A stretch of DNA of 64,000 nt, taken from contig NC_043007.1 in the NCBI RefSeq assembly GCF_006345805.1, forward strand, positions 19,220,001-19,284,000, in the 5' to 3' direction. This document shows, one piece after another, positions 1-10,982 of the stretch. Source of the stretch: Octopus sinensis (lineage: Eukaryota). Under the pieces are notes generated by a model, which saw nothing but the letters and a program-made list of their open reading frames with translations, was not told where the DNA came from and ran no database searches. Every line of letters begins with the position of its first letter. Positions within the stretch are counted from its first letter, which is position 1. A program made the translations under genes and the position numbers.

Positions 1-1270
1 ACTATTCAATTTGATTTAATGGTCGTCTTTCAAGTCTGAGAGAAATGGTTTGTGCCACATGTTAACACACTCCCTCCATCAAATCAATGTTACCTGAACA
101 GGCAGGTGCACAGTGTGTCACATGTCAGGTGTCGAAAGTGATTGGTGTGCAAGGTGAGATGAAGCATTTTGCCCAAGAACACGATGCACCACTCGGTCTA
201 GGAATTGAAACCACGATCTCGCTATCACGTGTGCAGCAGCCTAACCACAAAGCCATGCGCCCTGACATTAGCACATGACCACCACTATACGTTTTGGTGG
301 AAGGGATATGTTGTCAAATTAATGGACTTCACCCTACTCCTTTTTTTTATTGCCCATCTCTCACCGTGACCCTTAAAAGGTGAAGGTAAAAACCACCTTT
401 TCCCCTAGCAGGATTTGAACTCAGAGCGTAGGAGGTGGAAAGTAAATTCCATAAGGAATGTTTTCCATCATTCTATTGAATCAGCTTTTAAAACAACAAC
501 AATAACAATGGTATTAAATTTTGGCACAAGGCCAGCAATTTTAGGGGTTACGGGAAAGTCAGTTGCATTGACCTCAGTGCTTAACTGGTACTTATTTTGT
601 CAACCTGGAAAGTCACAATAATCTAGAACCTATCTTGTGTCTAACTGTCAGCAGCAGAAACAATAGAATGTCTTAGTCTTAGTTGTCAGCAGTAATAACA
701 TAAGACCAGTGGTTTCACATATCAGCAGTGTTAATATAGAAGCTATCATGGTCTCCATTGCCAACAGTGATAATTAGTGTATTTTTTAAGGTCTCAGCTG
801 TTATTAAGAGTAAATTATTCTTCATCAGGATATCACATGTCAGCATTTGTAAATTAACCCCTCTTTTATGTTAGCAGTTAGTCATAGTAAATTAGTACTT
901 CTCATAGAATGTTAGTAGTGGTAAGCTGGTACTATCTGTTATTTTGCTGAGGTCAACTTTGCCTTTCATTCTTTCGGGGTCGATAAATTAAGTACCTGTT
1001 GCATACTGGGTCGATCTATTTGACTAGGCCACTTCCCCACAAAAATTTGGGCCTTGTGCCTCAGGTACAAAAGAATAATAAACTAATGTTCCAGTTGCGT
1101 CCACTTTCGGTATCAACTACAAACAGTGGTAGACTGACATTGTCTCTGGTTTAAGTGGTCAAAAGCTAGAAACCAATGTCCTCTCTCTGACTCGGCTGTG
1201 AGTAGTGCTAAAACTGGTACTGTGTATCAAACCTGAGGAGCCAGCAGTGGTAGGCTATGTTCCATCTCTA

Positions 1271-2140
1271 TGTCGGCTGTTAGCAACAGCAATCTGGAGT
1301 CCTTCTCTGGGTTGGCTGTTAGCAACAGCAATCTGGAGTCCCTCTCTGTGTCGGCTGTTAGCAACAGCAATCTGGAGTCCCTCTCTGTGTTGGCTGTTAG
1401 CAACTGCAATCTGGAGTCCCTCTATGTGTCGGCTGTTAGCAACAGCAATCTGGAGTCCCTCTATGTGTCGGCTGTTAGCAACAGCAATCTGGAGTCCCTC
1501 TCTGTGTCGGCTGTTAGCAACAGCAATCTGGAGTCCCTCTCTGTGTCAGCTGTTAGCAACAGCAATCTGGAGTCCCTCTCTGGGTCGGCTATTAGCAACA
1601 ACAAACTAATGTCTTTCTCTTCTTGACTCGGCTGTTAGCAACAGCAATCTGGAGTCCCTCTCTGTGTCGGCTGTTAGCAACAGCAATCTGGAGTCCCTCT
1701 CTGGGTCGGCTATTAGCAACAACAAACTAATGTCTTTCTCTTCTTGACTCGGCTGTTAGCAACAGCAATCTGGAGTCCCTCTCTGTGTCGGCTGTTAGCA
1801 ACAGCAATCTGGAGTCCTTCTCTGTGTCGGCTGTTAGCAACAGCAATCTGGAGTCCCTCTCTGTGTCGGCTGTTAGCAACAGCAATCTGGAGTCCCTCTC
1901 TGTGTCAGCTGTTAGCAACAGCAATCTGGAGTCCCTCTCTGGGTCGGCTATTAGCAACAAAAAACTAATGTCTTTCTCTTCTTGACTCGGCTGTTAGCAA
2001 CAGCAATCTGGAGTCCCTCTCTGTGTCAGCTGTTAGCAACAGCAACCTGGAGTCCCTCTCTGTGTCAGCTATTAGCAACAACAGACCAATGTCTTTCTCT
2101 TCTTGACTCGGCTGTTAACAGCAGCAATCTAGCATCTCTC
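1271..2140. repeat. 39-bp minisatellite with a 43-bp variant unit
   Basis: Unit tgtcggctgttagcaacagcaatctggagtccctctctg; A units start at 1271, 1310, 1349, 1388, 1427, 1466, 1505, 1544; variant units at 1583, 1704, 1942, 2063. Confidence 0.97.
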
Positions 2141-4166
2141 CCTCTCTGTCTTGACTTTTAGCAGCAGCAAATTAGTATTCCTATCTGTATCGGCTGTTAG
2201 TAATACTAAACAAGTACTGTGTCAAAAGAAAGTAGCCAACAGTGACATACTCCGCCCCATCAGCTGTTATAAGTGGTAGACTTACATCTTTGTCTCTGTC
2301 TCGGCTGTTTTCAGTATTAAACTGGTACCTTCTATTATCACATTGTCAGTAGTTACTGGCAGCATTCTTGACCTCAGTGGTCATTTGTAATAGTCCAATA
2401 TCTACCTGGATTTCAGCTGTTAAAAATGGTGTACTGCAGTCATTCTTGACCTCAGTCAAGAGGGTAGTAGACTAGAAGAGTAGCAGTCAGAGTAGAATCG
2501 AGTAGAGGTCATCCGAACATGCGACATAACATTTTTTTAAGATGGTACGGTGTGATTTTGAGGAACATTTGGAATATTTCTCATAGCTCTGATGTCTTTG
2601 TTGGCTCAAACGGTCAAAAGTTTTTGCAAGAGGAGACAAAAATAACAAGACACATCAATCAGGCATTTTTTTCAACAGCCAAGAATACAAAGTCAGGAAA
2701 GGTGAAAGAGATTCTTTGAAAAGAGCAGAAACAAGAAGCTGTAACATTCATGGTTTTCTGAAGGGTGACACGTAGGTGGATAATGCTTTGAAGCAGCAAC
2801 AAAAATTAGGAAGACAATGTGAATTTCTGGCCCTTTTACAAGGCAGATTCTTAGCAACACAAGTAAACCTCTCCTAAGTTGTCTGCTGCCTTTGTACAGG
2901 GGTAGAGAGGTTTTGTTGGTTTTGCAGATTCAGGGAGCAATGCTTAGTGAATTAGTCACCTCTTGACAAGGTAAAACAAAAGCTGATAATTTGAAGGATA
3001 TAAAAACTAGATAAATCCAAATTAATAAAAAACAAACAAAAATTTAAAAAAATAACGGTCCAGGTTGTTGAATTTCACAAAGAATTGTGTTGAAGCAAGA
3101 TTATCTGTCTCAATTGTGTAACCATTTAGCATTATGTTGTTTGTTTGTTCCTTCTCGAGCCATGCCTGGCTCATAAGGGCCGGTTTCCCGGTTTACTTGG
3201 CATATAGGTTCCCCACCTGGACGGGACGCTGGTCCGTCGCAGGTGAGCTGCAAGATGCAGGAGGAAAGAGTGAGAGAAAGTTGTGGCGAAAGAGTCAGCA
3301 GAAGTTCTGCCATTACCTTCTGCCGGAGCCGCATGGAGCTTAGGTGTTTCGCTCATAAACACACACATCGTCCGGTCTGAGATTCGAACCCGCGATGCCT
3401 CGACTGCGAGTCCGCTGCTCTAACCACTAGGTCATGTGCCTCCACCTTAGCATTATGTCAATGGAAAATAAAATCTACTGAAAACCTTCTTCTCAACCCC
3501 TCTACCCCACATTCTAAGATGAGGTTGTAATTCATCCCTGTAGACAGAGGCAGTGGGAGCACTGTAAAATTGACCAGTGTTTTGCTAGCATGCAATGTCA
3601 GAACAAAATAAATGTCAGATTTAAGTTTTTAAAATTATTATTTTTTTTGTGTGTTGTTTTCTTTTTAAAGAGAACTCATTCTAGCGACATGAATATTAAT
3701 TCCATATCGGATAAACAGCTTTATATCAGACAACAACAACAACACCAGTAATAACAGCATCAACAATAACAATGAGATATTCATGCAAAGCAATTCCAAC
3801 TGGGATTTGAAACTGTTTCAAATGCGGTTTGCTAATTGATTTCCAATCAACATTACAGCCAGGACGAAAGAACAAATTCTTTTAGACAGATTCCAGGCCT
3901 TGAATTTACATGAAAAGAAAACCTGATAGTCTGTTGTTTATGTCTTTTTTTAATAATGAGGTTTCAAGTTTTTAGCAAAATAGATATCATGAAATAACCA
4001 CAATAGAGATAAGGAGAAAAAAGGGGTCAGGCTTTGTTGAGAATATAATGTCTTTTTTTTTGGTAAAATGGTAAAATAATGAATTTAATTTAGGTAGAAG
4101 GCCAGAAATGTGGCAGATGAGTACGGCCAATAAAATGGTGTCTAATAATTCAATGCTTACTCTCTC

Positions 4167-4578
4167 TCTTTCTCTTTTACTTGTTTCAGTCATTTGACTG
4201 CGGCCATGCTGGAGCACCGCCTTTAGTCGAGCAACTCGACCCTGGGGCTTATTCTTTTGTAAGCCCAGTACTTATTCTATCGCTCACTTTTGCCGAACCG
4301 CTAAGTGACGGGGACATAAACACACCAGCATCGGTTGTCAAGCAATGCTAGGGGGACAAACACAGACACACAGACATATACACACACATACATATATATA
4401 TATATACATATATACGACGGGCTTCTTTCAGTTTCCGTCTACCAAATCCACTCACAAGGCTTTGGTCGGCCCGAGGCTATAGTAGAAGACACTTGCCCAA
4501 GATGCCACACAGTGGGACTGAACCCGGAACCATGCGGTTGGTAGACAAGCTACTTACCACAGAGCCACTCCTGCGCCT
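4167..4578 (-). mobile_element. tRNA-derived SINE family A (~420 bp with an internal AT/CA microsatellite); representative copy
   Basis: Head gcaggagtggctgtgtggtaag...ggttcagtccc (A/B-box like). Other copies near 10375, 11660, 12318, 19520, 26370, 26955, 30860, 49720, 50063, 56985, 57365, 59950. Confidence 0.85.
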
Positions 4579-4745
4579 ATGTATTTTATGTATTTTATCA
4601 GCAGAAATGTTCTAGATTTGTAGATTTGTATCTTGTAACAGTATTTATTTATGAACCTTGATGTTTTGAATCGGAACCCTGCAAGGTCAGCTTTGCTGTG
4701 TATCTTTCTGGTTTACACACACAAACACAAACACACACACAAACA

Positions 4746-4802
<57 letters not shown>

Positions 4803-5054
4803 CATGTGCAAAAAAAAAATTACTCAAGTGTGTTGTTGCTAAGCTCTGGGTAAGATTGTTGGGGCTGACTTTATGATCAAAAGGCATTCCATCCATGACC
4901 ATTCCATCCTTTTCAACTTAGTCTTCGGCTTATGTTTAAGTGTGTTCGATGCCGTTCGGAGAGTTTTGGTTCTTTCGGAAGCAGAAAACAGTTGCGAAAA
5001 ATGCAAAGGTTAATATCTTACAGTTTTGGTGAATTCTTTGGTGGGAGAAAAACC

Positions 5055-5085
<31 letters not shown>

Positions 5086-5100
5086 ACAGTGAAAAACAGG

Positions 5101-5144
<44 letters not shown>

Positions 5145-5519
5145 AAATAAAGTGGAATGACCACTAAAGTGGACACCTAATATGCTAAACAGAGACGTCA
5201 GATCACCAGTACCACGAAGAATGTGTTCTCAAGAAAAATCACAGCAAAACGCCAAAATGCAAAAATGAGCAAGAAAATGAAAATATATGAAATAAAACAC
5301 GATTACCTATGTACCAATGGTTTCACTTGTTAATATCTATGTATGCAAACATGAAAATATCTGCAAGAATCATCAATGTATTTATATATATGGTTATAAT
5401 CCATCTAGGAGAGAGCTTACATGTTTTTCTTATATGTACAATTTCGTAACTCCTATTAGTAAATAAAATATATGTAATGGTGAAGAATACCAAAAATTTC
5501 TTCCAATCTCTTGTTTTGA

Positions 5520-5552
5520 CACACACACACATACACACACACACACACAACA

Positions 5553-5595
<43 letters not shown>

Positions 5596-6152
5596 TATAT
5601 ATATAATATATATAATATATATACATATATATACACATATATATATATACACATATATATATATATATATATATAGATATATATATATATATATATACAT
5701 ACATACATACATACATATATATATATATATTATATATATATATACATACATATATATACATATATAAGAGAAGTGGGTGGGGCAAAAAAACTGGAAGCAA
5801 TACCATAAAGAAGTCAACAGAGAACAACAATAATTACTGAGGTTATATAAAACAAAATAATAGAAGCAGTAAAGAGAATGGAATCACGTGAAGGTGGGTT
5901 CAATTCCAGTGAGAGTCAGGGTGAGGGTTGCAGAAAACTATTTGTTTAGTTACATATAGCTATTGTGTGTGAGTTTGGGTGGGTATTATAAATATATGCA
6001 TATGTGTGTGTATATATATATATATATATACATACACACACACATACTTATACGCACATTCACACACACACACATACATACATATTTATGTATACATAGC
6101 TACATACATAAATATACATATATGTATGTATATACATATACATATATGTATG

Positions 6153-6195
<43 letters not shown>

Positions 6196-6210
6196 GTATA
6201 TATATATATG

Positions 6211-6252
<42 letters not shown>

Positions 6253-6375
6253 TGTATGTATATATATGTATATGTATATTATATATATATATATATATGT
6301 AAATATATATAGACACACAGACATTCAAATACATATACACAGAAGCACACATAAACACACACACACACACACATA
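5520..6375. repeat. (CA)n/(AT)n microsatellite blocks downstream of the ASL-like gene
   Basis: Direct read; two long interrupted AT tracts. Confidence 0.95.
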
Positions 6376-6552
6376 CAAGTTATTCTCCAAAAAACACGAA
6401 CAAGAAAACCCAGTCTATAACAAGTGAACACAATAAATAAATAAATTAATTTGTCAGAGATTCTTATAAAGTCCAAAGTTTTTTCTAACAAACGGTGAAA
6501 GGTGTTGGTAGGTGTGAGCATTCCAATGATTGGTTATTGATCTGCAGATTGA

Positions 6553-8202
6553 TTATCTTTGGAACGACATCCATTTCTTCAACTGATCTATTTGAAGCTG
6601 TACACTAGCGTGACTTGTCCCTCCCGGAAGTGTGTATTGCTCTACGCTGTTGTTATAATTCCATACAGATTTTACATCGAGGTCAAAAACAGGACTAACA
6701 GATCTAAGCTCAGCCAGAGAGAGTTTCGAAAAAGTGACCCCCTTTTTCTGTGACAGTCTGACACACATTCCAACCAGGCTGTGCGCCTTGTCAGCAGGTA
6801 GGCCCTTTCGTACCATGTAATATTCCAAGTCTGGCAATAACATATCTTCACTTAGGGAAGCTTCCATTTTGTCTGGGTTTATTTTCAAAGAAGAGAGGAT
6901 CGCTCTGGTTATTGGTAAAGCGTTCACAATTGTCTTGTAAATATCAAACATTCCTTTGGCATTTGATAAGAAATCATTGTTGTGTAGGTTTGAGAATTCC
7001 TTCAAGACACTCAACATGTCGGTGTATTCACCAAAGATGTGATTGGTTTTACCACGGATTTCTTCCAAGCTGCGAGCATTCTCGTTCGAAAAGCTACTGG
7101 CGTTATTTTGAACATTGTGTAGTGGATGGGAAAGTTCAACAAACCCGAAATCTTTCGTACTGTATAAAATAAGGTCATTAGCCAAATTGTGGAAGTGAGC
7201 TGCCATGATTGACGCCCAGGCAACATATTCAAAGATGATGTCTTGGTCGTTGACAGCGTCAATGCTGTTTTCTATGATGTCAGCAAACCCGAGCTCTTTG
7301 GCCAAAAACATTCGGTCAACCCCAAAAGGGTTTCCTGCTAGTGCCCCGCTTCCAAGTGGCAGCAAGTCAACTCGTGAAAGTAGATCCATAAGTCTTTCAA
7401 TATCTCTTTTGATTTTCCAACCGAAGCTAAGCAGCCAGTGACTCCATCTGATTGGTCGCGCTTGCTGCATCACGGTGTAGCCAGCCATGAGAACACCAAG
7501 CTCCTTCTCTGCCCGCTCAGTGATGACACCCAAAAGCTCAATCAGATCACTCTTATGAACGCTGATGGCATTTTTCTGCCACAGTCGAAGACTTGTCGCT
7601 AACTGGTCATTGCGATCCCAGCCAGCATTTAACTTATTTGCCGCTGAACCAATCAACTCTGCCAGGCGCCGTTCATTAGCAGCATGGACATCTTTATCAT
7701 CCGGCTTCAAGTCAAACGTCCCGTTTTCCCACTCCATTCCAATCATTTCAAGACCATCCAAAATGTTATGACACTCTTTTCTCGTGAGGAGGCCGACCCT
7801 TGTCAGGCTTTTGGCATAGGCCTTACTGCATTCGATGTCCTCTTTGAAGAGATTGTAATCAACAGTTTGAGCAATGCCATAGTTCTGTAGATTGTCTTTT
7901 GGAGAAGTTACGAGATGCGTTCCGTGGGACTTGGAACTGTTTACCACTGACGGTTGAGTGATGGCATCTTTCAGAGTCAAATGCAATATTTCGTGGAAGC
8001 TTTTGGTGAAATTATGTCTAAAACGGGTGCCGTTGGTGAGATTTGATTTTGAGGTCTTCTTGGTGGGAGTCGTCTGCGTTGACACTCTTGTCTTGCTGTA
8101 GAAAGCACTCATTGGACCCAGAACGAAAATCAATAGCAGTAGGGTCACCGTGAAGATGATCATGATGAATGATTTCATGAAAGAACGGTAAAGGCTCTGC
8201 AT
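6553..8202 (-). CDS. Argininosuccinate lyase-like protein, 549 aa, single coding exon; N-terminal hydrophobic anchor and stalk; catalytic motifs degenerate (probable pseudoenzyme)
   Basis: Uninterrupted ORF that aligns by eye to nearly all of human ASL (SKAY, ANERRL.ELIG, RNDQ, PIRWSHW, LPLGSGA.AGNP.GVDR, DLILY.TK.F.FV.LS, YY.VRKG.P, SVEQY...GGT). The supplied ORF starts at TTG 8235. The first ATG is at 8202, with an in-frame TGA upstream at 8250-8248. Symbol withheld because it is unlikely to be the ASL orthologue. Confidence 0.93.
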   Translation of the reverse strand: MQSLYRSFMKSFIMIIFTVTLLLLIFVLGPMSAFYSKTRVSTQTTPTKKTSKSNLTNGTRFRHNFTKSFHEILHLTLKDAITQPSVVNSSKSHGTHLVTSPKDNLQNYGIAQTVDYNLFKEDIECSKAYAKSLTRVGLLTRKECHNILDGLEMIGMEWENGTFDLKPDDKDVHAANERRLAELIGSAANKLNAGWDRNDQLATSLRLWQKNAISVHKSDLIELLGVITERAEKELGVLMAGYTVMQQARPIRWSHWLLSFGWKIKRDIERLMDLLSRVDLLPLGSGALAGNPFGVDRMFLAKELGFADIIENSIDAVNDQDIIFEYVAWASIMAAHFHNLANDLILYSTKDFGFVELSHPLHNVQNNASSFSNENARSLEEIRGKTNHIFGEYTDMLSVLKEFSNLHNNDFLSNAKGMFDIYKTIVNALPITRAILSSLKINPDKMEASLSEDMLLPDLEYYMVRKGLPADKAHSLVGMCVRLSQKKGVTFSKLSLAELRSVSPVFDLDVKSVWNYNNSVEQYTLPGGTSHASVQLQIDQLKKWMSFQR

Positions 8203-8411
8203 GATGGGTTTTGTAGAATTGATCAAAGAGCGCAATACGGAGGGAGATCAGTGAGATGTGATGGCTCGTTTCCAAGACGATGAGTTGGAAGACAGAACAA
8301 TGGTCATTAAAAAAACAATATAAAATGGGAAAATAAAACAAAATGGAATAAATGGAACTATTACAATAACAGGATGAAGACGGCCAAATTTCTTCCAGTT
8401 GGTCAGGCAAC

Positions 8412-8432
8412 CTGTGAAAGAGAAGTAAACAG
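8412..8432 (-). promoter_or_regulatory. Probable splice acceptor of a 5'-UTR intron of the ASL-like gene
   Basis: Minus strand reads gtttacttctctttcacag|gttgcc, a pyrimidine tract plus CAG about 210 nt upstream of the ATG. Confidence 0.55.
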
Positions 8433-8459
8433 GAATTAGTTATACCCGACAGATACATT

Positions 8460-8706
8460 CTTTACATACATACATACATACATACATACACACATATATA
8501 CATACATACACACACGTACATACATACATACATAAATACATACATACATACATACATACATACACACGTACATACATACATACATACATACATACACACA
8601 CACATATATACATACATACATACATACATCCACACACACACATATATATACATACACACACACACACATATACATACATACATACATACATACATACATA
8701 CATACA
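8460..8706. repeat. (TACA)n microsatellite
   Basis: Direct read. Confidence 0.95.
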
Positions 8707-9914
8707 TAATATATTTATCAAATACACATTATGATGGATATATATTGCAAACATAAAAATATTTCACATGCATGAAAAAAATTGATTTGATGCACTCAAG
8801 GGAGAGAGAGAGAGCGAGAGAGAGAGAGGGAGAGAGAAAGAGAGAAAGAGAGAGGGAGAGAGAGAGAGAGAGAGAGAACATGTATGATTTGTTTATTAGG
8901 TTTTTTCATCAATAAAATATGCATTTGGGCATGAGGCTAGTAATTTCGGTGAAGGCGGTAAGTCACTTAAATTGACCCAAGTACGCAACTGGTACTTATT
9001 TTATCGACCTCAAAAGGGTGAAAGGCAAAGCTGACCTCATCAGAGTCTGAACTCAAAACATAAAAACTGACCAAATCTCCAGAAATAGTTTCAATTGTCT
9101 TGCTTTTCTCTTGTCTATGATGTTCACTCTTGTAAGCTTTCTGCCAACCGACGTCTTTGGAATTTGTATGAACCCTTCTTTTATTTCAGGGAAGCTCTTT
9201 ATGCTACGGTGACCTCTTGCCTTGCTTGGGACAAGATCATCAGAAAAATCAAATAGACAATTTTCCCTTAATCAACAACGGCACATAAAAAAAAACACCA
9301 TCCGAGCATGGCCGTTCGCCAGCCTCGTCTGGCACCTGTGTCGGTGGCACATAAAAAGCACCCACTACACTCACGGAGTGGTTGGCGTTAGGAAGGGCAT
9401 CCAGCTGTAGAAACATTGCCAGATCTGACTGGCCTGGTGCAGCCTTCGGGCTTCCCAGACCCCAGTTGAACCGTCCAACCCATGCTAGCATGGAAAGCGG
9501 ACGTTAAACGATGATGATGATGAAAGAGATGAATGTGAAAACCTTTTAAACACTCTACGAGGGAATTGGCACGAACTGCATCAAGTACAGAACCATAACT
9601 GGAAAAACAGGCTGTTCAGGACAAACATAAAACCTTTCAAACTGGGTCTTTAAATAATAAATGAAAACAGCTGTAAATTGCCTGAAAGACTCTCAGTGAA
9701 GGGACATAAAAAACAGTGTAGGAAAACTCTAAATCTTCTGATGCTTACATGAACAACCACATTGCTAGGTAAGCACAAAAAAGTTGAAGCTACGCCATCA
9801 AAATACAGGGTGTTCAAAAAGTCTCTCTGCAGTAAGAGTTTTATTGTAAAATATTTCTAAGATGGTATAAGACTACAAAAGAATATATCAGACTTTAAAA
9901 AAAAATTATAGATA

Positions 9915-10214
9915 TACTAGCAGTATCGCCTGGCGTTGCTCGGGTTTATAAGGGAAATAACTATATAAGCATTTTTAGAGAGTTACTTCCCTTATATAAA
10001 CCGAGTAAAAAATGCGGTAAAAATGCGAAAAAATGATGGTAAATTTTTTTATCATCGTAGACGCACGCTAATACCCAGAAGGGCTCGATATGAATCACGA
10101 CTATAAGATACCCGCTTTTGGTTAAACTGCACTGCAAAATGTGGGAGTAGTTAGGAATCTAAATCGGAGGAGACAGACTCTCACACACACAACTTCAGTT
10201 TTATATATAAAGAT
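9915..10214 (+). mobile_element. Non-autonomous Helitron/Helentron-like element
   Basis: Starts tactagcagtatcgcctggcgttgctcggg; ends (ca)n...ttttatatataaagat. Reverse copy at 47755-48121. Confidence 0.6.
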
Positions 10215-10576
10215 GCGGTGATGAATGAGTCGTCCTTCATTTTCAATACATAAGTTGACTCTTCTACACATGTTTTGAAATACATCTTGGTGAGTCAGGA
10301 TGAAAGCAATTCACTGTGGAGGGACTTTTTGAACACCCCATACAAATGAATATCTTGAGGGATTATTCTTTTATTTGTTTCAGTCACTTTGACAGTGGCC
10401 ATGCTGGAGCACTGCCTTTGTTTGAACAAATCGACCCCAGGACTTATTCTCTGTAAGCACAGTACTTATTCTATTTGTCTCTTTTGCCGAACTGCTAAGT
10501 TACAGGGATGTGAACACATCAACATCGGATGTCAAGGGATGGTGGGGGGGACAAACACAGACACAGACACACATAC

Positions 10577-10609
<33 letters not shown>

Positions 10610-10955
10610 AGTGTGTTTATGTATATATGATGGGTTTCTTTCAGTTTTTGTCTACCAAAACCACTCACAAGACTTTGGTTGGCCGAGGCTATAGTAGAAG
10701 ACACTTGCCCAAGATGTCATGCAATAGGACTGAACCTGAAACCATGTGGCTAGTAAGCAAGCTACTTACCACACAGCCACCCCTGCACCTTGTTGGGAAA
10801 TTTTTTAAAAACCCTTAATTCTTTAGTGTTTATATTACTTTGCCAAATGTGGTGCCTAATTATTCACATTGTCTGGAATTAATCCTGCATTATCTTGTAG
10901 ATTTCAGATTTTGATGATGCAATTGTTTATTCTTAAAACGACATTGTAGGGTAGG

Positions 10956-10982
10956 TTAGGGTTAGGGTTAGGGTTAGGGTTA
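10956..10982 (+). repeat. Interstitial telomeric repeat (TTAGGG)4+
   Basis: Direct read; lies inside a piggyBac-type MITE. Confidence 0.9.

Noticed and set aside
1205-1985. Repetitive ORFs (RLLATAIWSPSLC)n and (SAVSNSNLESLSV)n
   Set aside because: They follow from a 39-bp unit divisible by 3. Frames break at each 43-bp variant, and there is no splice or homology support.
1271-2140. CRISPR-like appearance of the repeat with an internal palindrome
   Set aside because: Units are contiguous with no unique spacers, there are no cas genes, and the context is eukaryotic.
3366-3446. tRNA genes (also 33882-33960 and 59591-59665)
   Set aside because: A/B boxes are present, but there is no acceptor stem and each continues into a SINE body.
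5323-6521. Many 60-200-aa YI/HT/CV/MYVC ORFs here and at 8.4, 20.3, 23.1, 37.6, 38.7 and 58-59 kb
   Set aside because: Translations of microsatellites.
6553-8202. Calling the gene canonical ASL or a delta-crystallin equivalent
   Set aside because: Catalytic motifs are missing. The anchor and sequons argue against a soluble cytosolic lens protein. Expression data are needed.
8203-8235. TTG-initiated 11-aa extension in the supplied 560-aa ORF
   Set aside because: The ORF caller used TTG. In a eukaryote the first ATG (8202) is the sensible start.
8018-8458. 146-aa minus-strand ORF overlapping the ASL-like 5' region
   Set aside because: Alternative frame spanning the intron/UTR boundary, with no homology.
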